From a virus: a stretch of 64,000 nt of DNA. The stretch's first letter is position 1. Each line of letters starts with the position of its first letter. The notes under the pieces were generated by a model, which was not told the DNA's origin, ran no database searches, and saw only the letters and a program-made list of their open reading frames with translations. The position numbers and the translations under genes were made by a program. This document shows positions 47,134 to 56,344 of the stretch, piece by piece. Where the stretch lies: IMG/VR virus record IMGVR_UViG_3300021255_002737. One strand, given 5' to 3'.

Positions 47134-47196
47134 GCTGCCATTGATCCATTCCGCTGCATAAATCCATTTAATCAAATTGAATTTAGAAAAACAAAT

Positions 47197-47427
47197 TCAT
47201 TGATCCACATCGCGCTTGCGTCGGAAAACAATCTCATATCCTAGAATATCCAGGATATTGTCAATCTCATTAGCTCTTATACTACCTTCATTAATTTTTC
47301 GATTAAATGACTGCTGATTGTACCTAGTGTTATATTGTCTGTTATATTCTTCTCCAAAAGATTTTAATGAATAACCATTATCTGTTATTAAGTGTTTTAT
47401 TCTTGTACTTAACATTGTATTATACAT
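47197..47427 (-). CDS. XRE/Cro-CI-type HTH transcriptional regulator
   Basis: LSTRIKHLITDNGYSLKSFGEEYN...QQSFNRKINEGSIRANEIDNILDILGYEI. Divergent from the plus-strand arm. Confidence 0.7.
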   Translation of the reverse strand: MYNTMLSTRIKHLITDNGYSLKSFGEEYNRQYNTRYNQQSFNRKINEGSIRANEIDNILDILGYEIVFRRKRDVDQ

Positions 47428-47561
47428 CCCCTATTACATACTATACATGTATGTATTGTATACTTATTGATATGTTATGTGTCTATTCATACTGTACATC
47501 TGTTTTGAAGCCTTTTTGAAATACTGCGATATAAAGAGCATTTGCGAGATATTTGAAGTAT

Positions 47562-47623
47562 AACAACGATTTTCGTAGTAAATACAACATTTTACGATGT
47601 GCAGTACAACGTTTTTTGTAGTA
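47562..47623. promoter_or_regulatory. Three operator-like repeats in the divergent control region
   Basis: ACAACGATTTTCGTAGT, ACAACATTTTACGATGT and ACAACGTTTTTTGTAGT, spaced about 21-22 bp apart. Confidence 0.5.
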
Positions 47624-47716
47624 TACTTTAGTTAAAGATAAAGAGAGAGACAAAGAAGTAAGACAAACAAATAATATAATACTAACTCTATTATATCAAA
47701 TTAGGAGTGATTTGTC

Positions 47717-48097
47717 ATGAAGAAAGAGCTGGATCTTTACACAGAATTAAACAACAACCGTCTCTGGCTGACAGAAGGCAAGATCACGAGCCGTGAAGCT
47801 CGTGAAGTCGTTGAAAAAGCCATGTTCTTCATCAGTACTATGCCAGATGACGAGAAAAAAGACGTTCTCGTCGATATGGCTGAAAGCGTCAAGGCGATGC
47901 TTGATGTTACGTATGTGTTTTGGTGCAAGAATGGTAGTTACTTTGAAGAAGACAGAAAAGCCCTTGTCGCTGAGTGCCGTGCTAGTGATGTTACCTATGA
48001 GGTTGGTATGGATCCATTGGCAGCCGTGCAGGCCGCTTGGAAGAAAAAGGGACTCAAGGATGACCCATTCTTTCCCGTCGATTACTTTGTTGCTTAA
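47717..48097 (+). CDS. Hypothetical protein
   Basis: 126-aa ORF with an AGGAGTG ribosome-binding site. Confidence 0.7.
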   Translation: MKKELDLYTELNNNRLWLTEGKITSREAREVVEKAMFFISTMPDDEKKDVLVDMAESVKAMLDVTYVFWCKNGSYFEEDRKALVAECRASDVTYEVGMDPLAAVQAAWKKKGLKDDPFFPVDYFVA

Positions 48098-48144
48098 TTG
48101 ACAGCTAGAATCTACAAGCGCAAAACCTTGTAGATTCCATGGTG
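48096..48144 (+). promoter_or_regulatory. Conserved stop-codon-linked RNA hairpin, copy 1
   Basis: TAATTGACAGCTA + stem GAATCTACAAG/CTTGTAGATTC + CATGGTG. Confidence 0.5.
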
Positions 48145-48175
48145 CTAATTAAGTTATCTGAAAGGGGTTTTCAAA

Positions 48176-48634
48176 ATGAAGGGATTTACAGAAGTTACCA
48201 TTCAAAACCGTCCGTGTACCATTGTTTACAAGGGCGAGCACTATGCCGTCCGTTGGTTGTCTGGTCGTACCGTTCGCATGTCGAAGGAACGTATTATCAA
48301 GAAATTCCATCTGCATCACGACGCATTGGACAGGTACGTTGCAGGCGGGTTCAAGAAGCCCCATTGCAATGCCAATGAGGATATCATGCGCGTCAACCGT
48401 TCCCTCTGGTACGTTGAGAACGTTGCATTCTTTATTACAACGCTTGTCACAATGCTTCCTCAGGTTGCTATTGTCCTTGCCATTGTTATCGGATACATTG
48501 ACGGCGCGGTTTTCCGTCCGTATGTCGCGCCAATGGTGTTCGGATCAATGTCGTTGATTCTTGCAAGTGTTATGCTTCCAGAGGTTTTGGCAAAGAAGTT
48601 TGATTTTGTGTTAGGTGTAGAACGTGAAGCGTGA
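48176..48634 (+). CDS. Membrane protein
   Basis: 152 aa with C-terminal TM helices. Confidence 0.65.
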   Translation: MKGFTEVTIQNRPCTIVYKGEHYAVRWLSGRTVRMSKERIIKKFHLHHDALDRYVAGGFKKPHCNANEDIMRVNRSLWYVENVAFFITTLVTMLPQVAIVLAIVIGYIDGAVFRPYVAPMVFGSMSLILASVMLPEVLAKKFDFVLGVEREA

Positions 48635-48654
48635 ATAGAGAGGAAGCAATTGCG

Positions 48655-48963
48655 ATGAAAAAGTTTACCATCACGAAAACAAAATCCATGATTTGCCTTG
48701 ATATAGAAGTCCGCTGTAAGCGAATGTCGACGGCATATCGCCACTTCTACCAGGCAATCGAACAGGCACAGAAAGATGGCGCGTTTGGTTCCTATGACTT
48801 AACTAGTGACGTTCTGGTTAAGCCAGAGGAATGTGACTGGCGATACAATACGCCAATTCACGACGACATAGAAAACACTGGCTATTGTGTTGGTTTGTAT
48901 CCAATAAATAACGGCTGGTATTTGTGGGCGAACGTAACCTACAAAAGAATGACAATGGATTGA
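48655..48963 (+). CDS. Hypothetical protein
   Basis: Start refined to MKKFTITK after GAGAGGAAG. Confidence 0.6.
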   Translation: MKKFTITKTKSMICLDIEVRCKRMSTAYRHFYQAIEQAQKDGAFGSYDLTSDVLVKPEECDWRYNTPIHDDIENTGYCVGLYPINNGWYLWANVTYKRMTMD

Positions 48964-48976
48964 AAGGAGTTTCACC

Positions 48977-49243
48977 ATGAAAAAGAACGTAAATGTCCCC
49001 ATGAACAAGGTTTTGCCTGTCACTGATGATTTTATTGTGTCCCTTCTCAAGGCAGACACGGTAAACAACCGTATTTTCTACTACATGTCAGAGGAAGGCG
49101 GTGAAGGTTACAGTACTGACATGTGGCTGGACTACTACAAGCGCTATGCGGACGTAGTGAAGCCAGCAGCCGACGTGTATGGCGGTATCATGTTGCGCCC
49201 ACTAGGGGACAATGGCGTTGAAGCGGTTTTGTATGAGAAGTAA
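48977..49243 (+). CDS. Hypothetical protein
   Basis: 88-aa ORF with an AAGGAG ribosome-binding site. Confidence 0.65.
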   Translation: MKKNVNVPMNKVLPVTDDFIVSLLKADTVNNRIFYYMSEEGGEGYSTDMWLDYYKRYADVVKPAADVYGGIMLRPLGDNGVEAVLYEK

Positions 49244-49258
49244 GGAGCGTGATCCAGT

Positions 49259-49513
49259 ATGAAACGGTTTGTCTATGAGTCGTGCACGGAATGGCACGGC
49301 AGCGGCTATACAACAACGACGAAAATCTATGCCGTTATCCCTAAAGTGGCACGGGACGCCATTGCAAAGGCAGAGAATTGGCATGGCTGCCATTGGGACG
49401 CGCCCGACGTGATTTTCAGCGAATCCGTAGAGGGCACATTTATGAGTAGAGAAGCGTTTACTATTATCAACGCATTGGGTGCCGTTGAGTATAACGACGA
49501 TGAAGAAGAATAA
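49259..49513 (+). CDS. Hypothetical protein
   Basis: 84-aa ORF with an acidic C-terminus. Confidence 0.65.
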   Translation: MKRFVYESCTEWHGSGYTTTTKIYAVIPKVARDAIAKAENWHGCHWDAPDVIFSESVEGTFMSREAFTIINALGAVEYNDDEEE

Positions 49514-49530
49514 GGAAGGAAGTATTCACC

Positions 49531-50202
49531 ATGACAAAGATTTTGTATATCCCCCGCTCTAGTAATAAAAAGACGGGAGATATCAGTCAGACGTATAGCG
49601 CGTGCAATACGTGTCCCGTATCCTGTCCGTTTAAAGGCCATGGATGTTACGGCGAAAACTTCACGACAAAAATCCATTGGAAAAAGGCGAATTGCACGGA
49701 AAAAACATTGGCAGATTCTATGGCTGAAAAAGGGCATTCGAAGGTTGTTCGCCATAATGTCGCCGGCGACATGTGCAAGCCTGGAACAAGTGAATTGGAT
49801 ACCGCATTGATCCATGACTTGATTAAAGCATGGAAAACGATGAAGGTTACGGCGTATACCTATACCCATGCTGACAAAACGTCTCGTAATTTCGCCGTAG
49901 TCAAGCACGCGATTAAAAACGGGTTTATCGTGAATGTTTCTTGCGAATCCCTTGAGCAGGTTGAAGCATGTCATGAGAACAACATTCCGTCTGTTCTCGC
50001 CGTCTACGAGTGGGCAGAAAAAGACAAGGTAACGTGCCGGATCAACGGTATTACCTATCGCCTTTGCCCTGCATGTCATGACAAAAACGTAACTTGCCGT
50101 GATTGTGGCAAGTGTTGGAAAAAAGACAGAAAGGAAGTCATTGTTTTTCCTGCCCATGGTTACGGCAAGAAAAAGACGCGCAGCTTTCTGATGGATTTAT
50201 AA
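49531..50202 (+). CDS. Cys-rich protein (possible metal/Fe-S binding), function unknown
   Basis: CNTCPVSCPFKGHGCY and CPACHDKNVTCRDCGKC clusters. The antisense 276-aa ORF is spurious. Confidence 0.65.
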   Translation: MTKILYIPRSSNKKTGDISQTYSACNTCPVSCPFKGHGCYGENFTTKIHWKKANCTEKTLADSMAEKGHSKVVRHNVAGDMCKPGTSELDTALIHDLIKAWKTMKVTAYTYTHADKTSRNFAVVKHAIKNGFIVNVSCESLEQVEACHENNIPSVLAVYEWAEKDKVTCRINGITYRLCPACHDKNVTCRDCGKCWKKDRKEVIVFPAHGYGKKKTRSFLMDL

Positions 50203-50214
50203 GGGGGGGTTACC

Positions 50215-50679
50215 ATGAAAACGATTGTCAAAAAATACAGTGTAGCACTCGTGAAAGAGTCCGCCCATAAATATGCCGATATTCCTACTCGCCTTGATGA
50301 TCCTTGGAAAATCATTTCGTATGCCGATTCAATTTTGAATTTCGATGGAATGACAAAGGAAAACTTTGTACTCGTTCCCGTCGATACAAAGTTGAAGCCG
50401 TTGGGCGTGTTTGTTCTCACAACGGGAACAATCAACGCTAGTCTCGTTTCGACTAGGGACGTATTCCAGGCGGCGTTGTTATACAATGCGGCAAGCATTT
50501 TTGTCCTGCACAACCATCCTAGCGGGGATCCATCGCCCTCTAGGCAGGACAAGGGAATTACCAAAAAGCTGATTGATGCAGGAAAGCTGATGGAAATTCC
50601 GTTGGTGGATCACGTTATTGTCGGTGAGAACAAATACTACTCATTCAAAGTAGACGGAAAGGATGAAATTGAATGGTAA
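50215..50679 (+). CDS. radC: RadC-like JAB/MPN domain protein
   Basis: VLHNHPSGDPSPSRQD...LIDAGKLMEIPLVDHVIVG. Confidence 0.85.
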   Translation: MKTIVKKYSVALVKESAHKYADIPTRLDDPWKIISYADSILNFDGMTKENFVLVPVDTKLKPLGVFVLTTGTINASLVSTRDVFQAALLYNAASIFVLHNHPSGDPSPSRQDKGITKKLIDAGKLMEIPLVDHVIVGENKYYSFKVDGKDEIEW

Positions 50680-50687
50680 GGGAAATA

Positions 50688-50846
50688 ATGCTTCTCGTGA
50701 TCCTGCTGTTTCTCTCTATGGTGGCGGGATGGTTCTCCCCTCTCGCTCCCTGGTTTGATCTAGGCGGGTTCGTACACTCACATACAGTTTTAGGACTGTA
50801 CGCGATTACACTAGGTGTATACATGTATCATAGAAAGGCGGAATGA
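50688..50846 (+). CDS. Possible small membrane protein (52 aa)
   Basis: Own translation: MLLVILLFLSMVAGWFSPLAPWFDLGGFVHSHTVLGLYAITLGVYMYHRKAE. Confidence 0.4.
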   Translation: MLLVILLFLSMVAGWFSPLAPWFDLGGFVHSHTVLGLYAITLGVYMYHRKAE

Positions 50847-50849
50847 CTT

Positions 50850-51338
50850 ATGTACAAACGTGTTTCTATTCGTGCTGCTGAGATTCGCAAGAAGTTGAAG
50901 GGAATTGGCTATAATAGCCGCATGGTTAGTGTCCGTTCATCACAATTCTCTGGCGGGGATGACATCGTTATCCGTATGAAGTCCGTAGACGTAGACGAAC
51001 ACAAAGTCAGAGAGATTGCAAAGGAATATGAAGACATTGCCCGTGATAAATGCAATGGTGAAATTCTAATGGGTTCTAACTCGTTCGTATTCGTTGAATG
51101 GGACTGGCAATTTATTGAGAAAGCAAAAGAGAAATGGTATAGCCTAGCGAAAACCATCTATAAAAAGCCGTGCATTTCCCTTGATAATTTCCATTGGATC
51201 AAGGATAGCTGTGTTCTGAGTGTATATGACAAGTATGGTATCCGTCATCAGTTTAGGGCAGGAATTGACGGAATTGCAGACGCCCTATTGTATGCCATTG
51301 AGATTTACAAAACAGTCAAGGAGAGTGATTTAAAATGA
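50850..51338 (+). CDS. Hypothetical protein (resembles plasmid/ICE polyvalent-protein-associated domains)
   Basis: 162-aa ORF. The family assignment is from memory only. Confidence 0.6.
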   Translation: MYKRVSIRAAEIRKKLKGIGYNSRMVSVRSSQFSGGDDIVIRMKSVDVDEHKVREIAKEYEDIARDKCNGEILMGSNSFVFVEWDWQFIEKAKEKWYSLAKTIYKKPCISLDNFHWIKDSCVLSVYDKYGIRHQFRAGIDGIADALLYAIEIYKTVKESDLK

Positions 51339-51775
51339 AAACAATCAAACTGTATTCTTACAACGAGCTGAACAGGTCTGCCAAGGCGTCCGCATATAAG
51401 ACAATGGCAGCGGATCACAATTTCATGATTAAACAGGAGCTTGCAGGATGTGCAAAAGTCATCTGCAAGGCTTTTAGCGGTATCGAATGGGATGGCACGG
51501 CGTTTTATGGGTTCCAGGATGATAACTTTAGTATGACTAGTGCAATCATCGCCCTTGACGATATGCACAACGTAGAGTTGAAGAACATTATCATGTCTGA
51601 GTTACTCATCGACATGTCATGGAATACCTATGGTTATTCCCCTGCAGAATGGTTTAACAGCGCGTACAAGAAATTCTTCTACAAGTACAAGGCCACTCCT
51701 GAGTGCATTGCAAAGTACTGTAAGGATTGTCATAAATGGTTTTATGTGAATGGTGCTATCTATTATGACGAATAA
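51335..51775 (+). CDS. Hypothetical protein
   Basis: 146-aa ORF. Confidence 0.65.
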   Translation: MKTIKLYSYNELNRSAKASAYKTMAADHNFMIKQELAGCAKVICKAFSGIEWDGTAFYGFQDDNFSMTSAIIALDDMHNVELKNIIMSELLIDMSWNTYGYSPAEWFNSAYKKFFYKYKATPECIAKYCKDCHKWFYVNGAIYYDE

Positions 51776-51821
51776 TTGGCAGCTAGAGTTTACAAGGATA
51801 ATCCTTGTAGGCTCTATGGTG
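51774..51821 (+). promoter_or_regulatory. Conserved stop-codon-linked RNA hairpin, copy 2
   Basis: TAATTGGCAGCT + stem AGAGTTTACAAGG/CCTTGTAGGCTCT (two G.U pairs, valid only in plus-sense RNA) + ATGGTG. Confidence 0.5.
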
Positions 51822-51857
51822 TTAACTATCAGTCAACTTATAGGAAGGATGATTAAA

Positions 51858-52160
51858 ATGAAGAGAATGTACTATGCTGAACATTGCAGATGGGGCGTAA
51901 ATGTGTCCTACGAGTCCATGAACGGGAATGCCTTTAGCTTCTATGCATTTGACAGCAAGGCTGCTCGCGATGAATGGGTTGAATCCCATGAGTGGGATGG
52001 CTATCCAAACAGGACGGCAGGAGAATCCACTAGAAAAGCCGTAGAGCATTGTTGCGGGAAAGACTTTAGTCTCGTGAAAGCCGATGAAGGTGTATGGGTT
52101 TGTTGCCGTAAAGGTTTAGAGTATATCGTAGAAATGGAATTAATTTCTCAGGATAGATAA
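51858..52160 (+). CDS. Hypothetical protein
   Basis: Start refined to MKRMYYAEH after AGGAAGGA. Confidence 0.6.
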   Translation: MKRMYYAEHCRWGVNVSYESMNGNAFSFYAFDSKAARDEWVESHEWDGYPNRTAGESTRKAVEHCCGKDFSLVKADEGVWVCCRKGLEYIVEMELISQDR

Positions 52161-52173
52161 GGAGTGAAACAGC

Positions 52174-52596
52174 ATGTTGTATACAGGCGGAAGTTTTTCT
52201 GATAAATCAAAAGAGGACAATGTTATGAGCGGAACAGTCAAAAATGGCGTAATGGTTATTTGGCGCAAGGGTAACAAGAACGACTCGCCCATTATCACTG
52301 TTTCTATTAATGAAGTGGATCAGGCATTAGAAAAAGGCAGTGCTAATAGTGAGTATACACTTCGCCAACTAGCAAAACAAAAGGACTATGCCGCCGTAGA
52401 GATATGGATTGATGGGACTAAAAAACCGGTGTTGCGCCAGTGGCGCCGCTATTTTTGGGAAAGAGACAAGTCTTTGCCATATGAAGAACATGCTATTGAT
52501 TCGGCGGTACGTGTTATCAAGAATCTTTATAAAATAGCAACGGGCGAATTACCTAGAAGCCCATGGGAAAAGCATTGGGAAGAAAAGGAGATATAA
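52174..52596 (+). CDS. Hypothetical protein
   Basis: 140-aa ORF with an AAGGAGTG ribosome-binding site. Confidence 0.65.
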   Translation: MLYTGGSFSDKSKEDNVMSGTVKNGVMVIWRKGNKNDSPIITVSINEVDQALEKGSANSEYTLRQLAKQKDYAAVEIWIDGTKKPVLRQWRRYFWERDKSLPYEEHAIDSAVRVIKNLYKIATGELPRSPWEKHWEEKEI

Positions 52597-52598
52597 CA

Positions 52599-52874
52599 AT
52601 GGAAGAACGTATTAAGGAGCAGAAAATGAAAGAATTAGGAGAAGAATTGATCGCTAAAAATAGAATTATGTGTCGTACACATGACAATAACTTGCGTATG
52701 GTGGCGGCGCAACATGCTTATGCGAGATTAGGTATGTTGTTGGGATTAGCTGATTTAGACTATAATAATCCAATCGTTGCAGAAATTAGAAGAAAACAGG
52801 TAGCCATGTTTGGTAAACAGGCGGTTGTAAACATTCATACATTTTTCGCCCCAGGGGATCAACACAATAACTAA
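52599..52874 (+). CDS. Hypothetical protein
   Basis: Start refined to MEERIKEQ after AAGGAG. Confidence 0.6.
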   Translation: MEERIKEQKMKELGEELIAKNRIMCRTHDNNLRMVAAQHAYARLGMLLGLADLDYNNPIVAEIRRKQVAMFGKQAVVNIHTFFAPGDQHNN

Positions 52875-52952
52875 TGGACAGCAATACAAGGGACAAGGTT
52901 AATCTCCTTGTCCTCTGCATGGTATTCATTAGGTTAGAAAGGTAGGTATATC

Positions 52953-53600
52953 ATGGACATTAAGGCAAAGATTGAGAAATTACTGGCGAAAACGGTTGAG
53001 AATGGTTGCACGATGGAAGAAGCTGCGGCAGCTGCAAAGATGGTACAGAAACTCATTGGAAAGCACCATATTGAATTAGCAGAGGTAGGCAATGAGACAG
53101 AAACGGCAGACGGAGAGATTCTTGATGCAAAGAGTGTAAGGAAATGGGAAATTCGTTTAATTTCTACGATTGCTAGGAATATGCGTTGTGAAGCCATTGT
53201 TTCACATCGTTATACCGCTGGAAATATCAATAGGAAGTCATTCGTCTATATCATTGGTATGGATGCAGACCGTAAAGCTGTCATCTTACTCTATGAGAAA
53301 TTACGGAAAATCTGTAAAATTGGAATGAGAAAAGAACAGAATTACCATAAATCCATGTATGGAAATGCAAAAGGGATAGCCGATAGTTACGGCTTTGGCT
53401 TTACGATGGCAATTAAAGAGGAAATGACAAAACAGGCAAAAGCACTAGTTCTTGTCAAACCAAAAGAGGTAGACGATAAAGTCCAGGAGCTTTTCCCGAA
53501 CGTTAAAACGAGACGTGTCAATGTATCTTGTAATGCCCATGCCTATGACAGCGGTATGAGTGACGGGCATAGTGCTATGAGTGTTTCAGCGATTGAATAA
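52953..53600 (+). CDS. DUF2786-like protein
   Basis: N-terminus KIEKLLAKTVENGCTMEEAAAAAKMVQKLIGKHHIE. Confidence 0.7.
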   Translation: MDIKAKIEKLLAKTVENGCTMEEAAAAAKMVQKLIGKHHIELAEVGNETETADGEILDAKSVRKWEIRLISTIARNMRCEAIVSHRYTAGNINRKSFVYIIGMDADRKAVILLYEKLRKICKIGMRKEQNYHKSMYGNAKGIADSYGFGFTMAIKEEMTKQAKALVLVKPKEVDDKVQELFPNVKTRRVNVSCNAHAYDSGMSDGHSAMSVSAIE

Positions 53601-53612
53601 GGAGGTATAACC

Positions 53613-53783
53613 ATGAAAGAGTTTAACACTTTCATCCATGAGTTTACAGAAGACGTAAAGAAGGAATACAGGGAATTAGCAAGGGGAACGCCATGCGATG
53701 ACTTGTATGCACTAGGGAAAATCCAGAGAATTGCCCTGGAACACGTTGCAAATCGGTACAGGACACGTAGAAAGGCAGGGTAA
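53613..53783 (+). CDS. Hypothetical small protein (56 aa)
   Basis: Strong AAGGAGG ribosome-binding site. Own translation: MKEFNTFIHEFTEDVKKEYRELARGTPCDDLYALGKIQRIALEHVANRYRTRRKAG. Confidence 0.55.
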   Translation: MKEFNTFIHEFTEDVKKEYRELARGTPCDDLYALGKIQRIALEHVANRYRTRRKAG

Positions 53784-53787
53784 TGAC

Positions 53788-53967
53788 ATGGAGAGAATCA
53801 TTTTGGAAGCACATTCCAGAAGGGAAATGTTAGAGGGAATTAAACGATTCTATATTGATGGTATCTGGGAAATTAGAGAGGATGGCACGGTATATAACGA
53901 GATTGGCGGCACTGTTTCGCATTTTCATGTAGAGGTATGCAATGACGTTTGGAGGTTTGGCAAATGA
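53788..53967 (+). CDS. Hypothetical small protein
   Basis: Start refined to MERIILEAH. Confidence 0.5.
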   Translation: MERIILEAHSRREMLEGIKRFYIDGIWEIREDGTVYNEIGGTVSHFHVEVCNDVWRFGK

Positions 53968-54188
53968 AACATATATTGACATATAGAATTATTGGAGAAC
54001 CTGAGTATGATTCTAAAAGGCAAAGAAAATGGCGTTCAGAGGGTTATTGCCTTGAAACAGATCACAGGGTATGGGTGCTGTATAACCTTGGGGAACGTCC
54101 ATTGATACGAACAATGAAGGACAAGGTTATTAGGTCTGCAGCGGAAAGGAGATGGGAACACTATGGGAAGCACGAGTTTATGGCATGA
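53964..54188 (+). CDS. Hypothetical small protein
   Basis: Start refined to MKHILTYR after GGAGG. Confidence 0.55.
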   Translation: MKHILTYRIIGEPEYDSKRQRKWRSEGYCLETDHRVWVLYNLGERPLIRTMKDKVIRSAAERRWEHYGKHEFMA

Positions 54189-54957
54189 CTTCCTGGACGA
54201 TGTCCATGCAACAAAGTCAGAGAACACATACAAAAGCTATCAGAATGCCCTGCGGTATTTCAAGGATGGTTCACTAGAGGAAATTAGGGCGTTTCTAGGC
54301 AATGACCTTGCGGATAGTACTAAAAAACAAACGCTTAGAATCCTTTGTATTGCCCTTGAATACAATGACATGTATGATAATGCTCGTAGAAAACTCATCA
54401 AATCATATAGGCCGAACATTGTTATACAGGAGTGTCCTACGGATAAGGACATAGAGCTTGTATGGGACAATCTATTGACACACAGGGACCGGGCCATGTT
54501 CGCCCTGATGGCTTACAATGGGTTGCGCGTTGGTGAAGTCGCTGGATTCAACGTGGATGATTTACTGAGTGGGGATAGATTGATGCTGCGGAATACCAAA
54601 GGAAAACACGATGCTATCATCCCATTGGTTCATCCGCGTGTCCTGTCTAGTCTCAGGGCATATATTAAGGAAAGAAAAAGTACATCCCCTGCCCTGTTCT
54701 TGAATCACAGAGGGGCACGCATAAGCTCTAATGGGCTTACTCAGCTGATTCGTAACGAGTTTCATGACAATGGTTTGCCATTCCATGCACATAGCCTGAG
54801 AAGGTACTTTGCTAACACATTGTCAAGGAATGGGATTCCAGTGCAGGATATACAGGTAGCCATGCGTCACGCCAACATTGTAACGACAATGGGATACTTG
54901 AATATTGATGAAGATAGGACGAAAAGTGTATTACAGGAGGTTTATCATGCAATATAA
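54163..54957 (+). CDS. Tyrosine recombinase (small XerC/D-like integrase/resolvase)
   Basis: GLRVGEVAG (Arg I), HAHSLRRYFA (HxxR), MRHANIVTTMGYL (His/Tyr). Confidence 0.85.
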   Translation: MGSTSLWHDFLDDVHATKSENTYKSYQNALRYFKDGSLEEIRAFLGNDLADSTKKQTLRILCIALEYNDMYDNARRKLIKSYRPNIVIQECPTDKDIELVWDNLLTHRDRAMFALMAYNGLRVGEVAGFNVDDLLSGDRLMLRNTKGKHDAIIPLVHPRVLSSLRAYIKERKSTSPALFLNHRGARISSNGLTQLIRNEFHDNGLPFHAHSLRRYFANTLSRNGIPVQDIQVAMRHANIVTTMGYLNIDEDRTKSVLQEVYHAI

Positions 54958-55837
54958 GGGCAATCGTGTATTCACAACAGATGACTTCATGAAAATCATT
55001 GGAGTTAAATCATGGTGCGGTATGAAAGGTTTTTGCAAAAGGAACGGCATTACGCCTATGAAATTATCACGGGATGAAAGTCTCTCTTTCTGTGATGAGA
55101 ATGGATTCTATAAAAACTATCCAAACGGTTTATTGTTGTTCACTATTTCTGATATGGATAAGGCATTGCATGTCCAGGGAATCAGCAAGAGTCTGACACA
55201 GGCAAATCCAGATGGAAATGTTATAGCATTTTCCTGTCCGGAATTTCAGCAGCTACGGGTGATTGAGGATACCAATGGGAATCCATGGTTCATTGGTAAG
55301 GATGTTGCTGAAAATCTGGGGTACGAATACACGGCAAATGCCATGCAGGATCATGTGTATTCCGATGACAAGGCAACGTTAAAGCGTAAGAATGGACAAG
55401 GGGTTGTTATCCTAAATGAGAATGGTTCTAAAGTGGACAAATCGCCCACTTTGGAAAACCGTAGTATAAATGAGAATGGTTCTAAAGGTTCCATTTCACA
55501 CCCTTTAGAGAATCCATTCCCCTCTCCTATCAATATCACGGGACTCAATGTGCCGCCGCGGGGACTCACGATAATCAATGAGTCGGGCATGTACAGCCTT
55601 ATCTTTGGCAGCAAACTGGAGTCGGCAAAACGGTTCAAACATTGGGTGACTAGTGAGGTGCTACCGTCTATCCGTAAAACTGGCAGGTATTCTATGAAGG
55701 AATCTAATGATGGTACGACGAATACTATTGATGAGAAACTGGATGAGATCATGCAGCAGATTCAGAGTATCAAAGCATACCTTGTAACAAGGGACACGGC
55801 GCAGGTATTGGTGAGCAGGGAGATGATGAAGATATGA
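54947..55837 (+). CDS. Bro-N domain antirepressor
   Basis: Start refined to MQYKGNR after AGGAGG. GNPWFIGKDVAENLGY...GMYSLIFGSKLESAKRFKHWVTSEVLPSIRKTG. Confidence 0.8.
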   Translation: MQYKGNRVFTTDDFMKIIGVKSWCGMKGFCKRNGITPMKLSRDESLSFCDENGFYKNYPNGLLLFTISDMDKALHVQGISKSLTQANPDGNVIAFSCPEFQQLRVIEDTNGNPWFIGKDVAENLGYEYTANAMQDHVYSDDKATLKRKNGQGVVILNENGSKVDKSPTLENRSINENGSKGSISHPLENPFPSPINITGLNVPPRGLTIINESGMYSLIFGSKLESAKRFKHWVTSEVLPSIRKTGRYSMKESNDGTTNTIDEKLDEIMQQIQSIKAYLVTRDTAQVLVSREMMKI

Positions 55838-55907
55838 TTACGGCAGGGATTTTCTTCTTTGTATTACTATCGCTTGCAACAAAGGATTAATGGGGAGGCA
55901 CATTAAA

Positions 55908-56108
55908 ATGAAACTGGTTGATACATACACGGGAAAAGAAATAGCGACTATTATAACGAATCATGGACTGACAATGGACGAAGCAATTAACTTATCTGGT
56001 ATGGAGGAGATTGTGATTGATCCTAGTACAGAAGAAATTGGATACCGTGATGCCGATGGGGACGAGCATTGGTATGACAGTTTGGGATTACTGGATGATG
56101 AGGAGTGA
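55908..56108 (+). CDS. Hypothetical small acidic protein
   Basis: Start refined to MKLVDTY after GGGGAGG. Confidence 0.55.
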   Translation: MKLVDTYTGKEIATIITNHGLTMDEAINLSGMEEIVIDPSTEEIGYRDADGDEHWYDSLGLLDDEE

Positions 56109-56113
56109 TTGCA

Positions 56114-56329
56114 ATGAGGGCGACGATTGAAATTAACATTAATACAAAAAGGAAATATGGATACGTAAACTTGACAATGGGATACGGTAAATCTGTATGT
56201 GCTAGTATTGAAAAAGATGAATTTGATAGTGTTGCTACTATTGATAATGCATTAAGGGAAATTGTATTGGACTACATCAAGAAAGACATTAGTGATAAAC
56301 TGGAAGATGAAATTTGGGACAATGAATAA
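56114..56329 (+). CDS. Hypothetical small protein
   Basis: Start refined to MRATIEI after GGAGTG. Confidence 0.55.
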   Translation: MRATIEININTKRKYGYVNLTMGYGKSVCASIEKDEFDSVATIDNALREIVLDYIKKDISDKLEDEIWDNE

Positions 56330-56344
56330 GGAGCGTGAATAACA

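Larger units (their letters stand above)
45484..47196. other. 1.7-kb non-coding region (hairpin modules, iteron-like repeats, AT-rich tract); possible ncRNA locus and/or replication/control region
   Basis: Only low-complexity ORFs with no ribosome-binding site. Many repeated motifs. Confidence 0.55.

Noticed and set aside
47200-47208. DnaA-box-like TGATCCACA
   Set aside because: A single 8/9 match lying inside the repressor coding sequence is insufficient to call an oriC-type origin.
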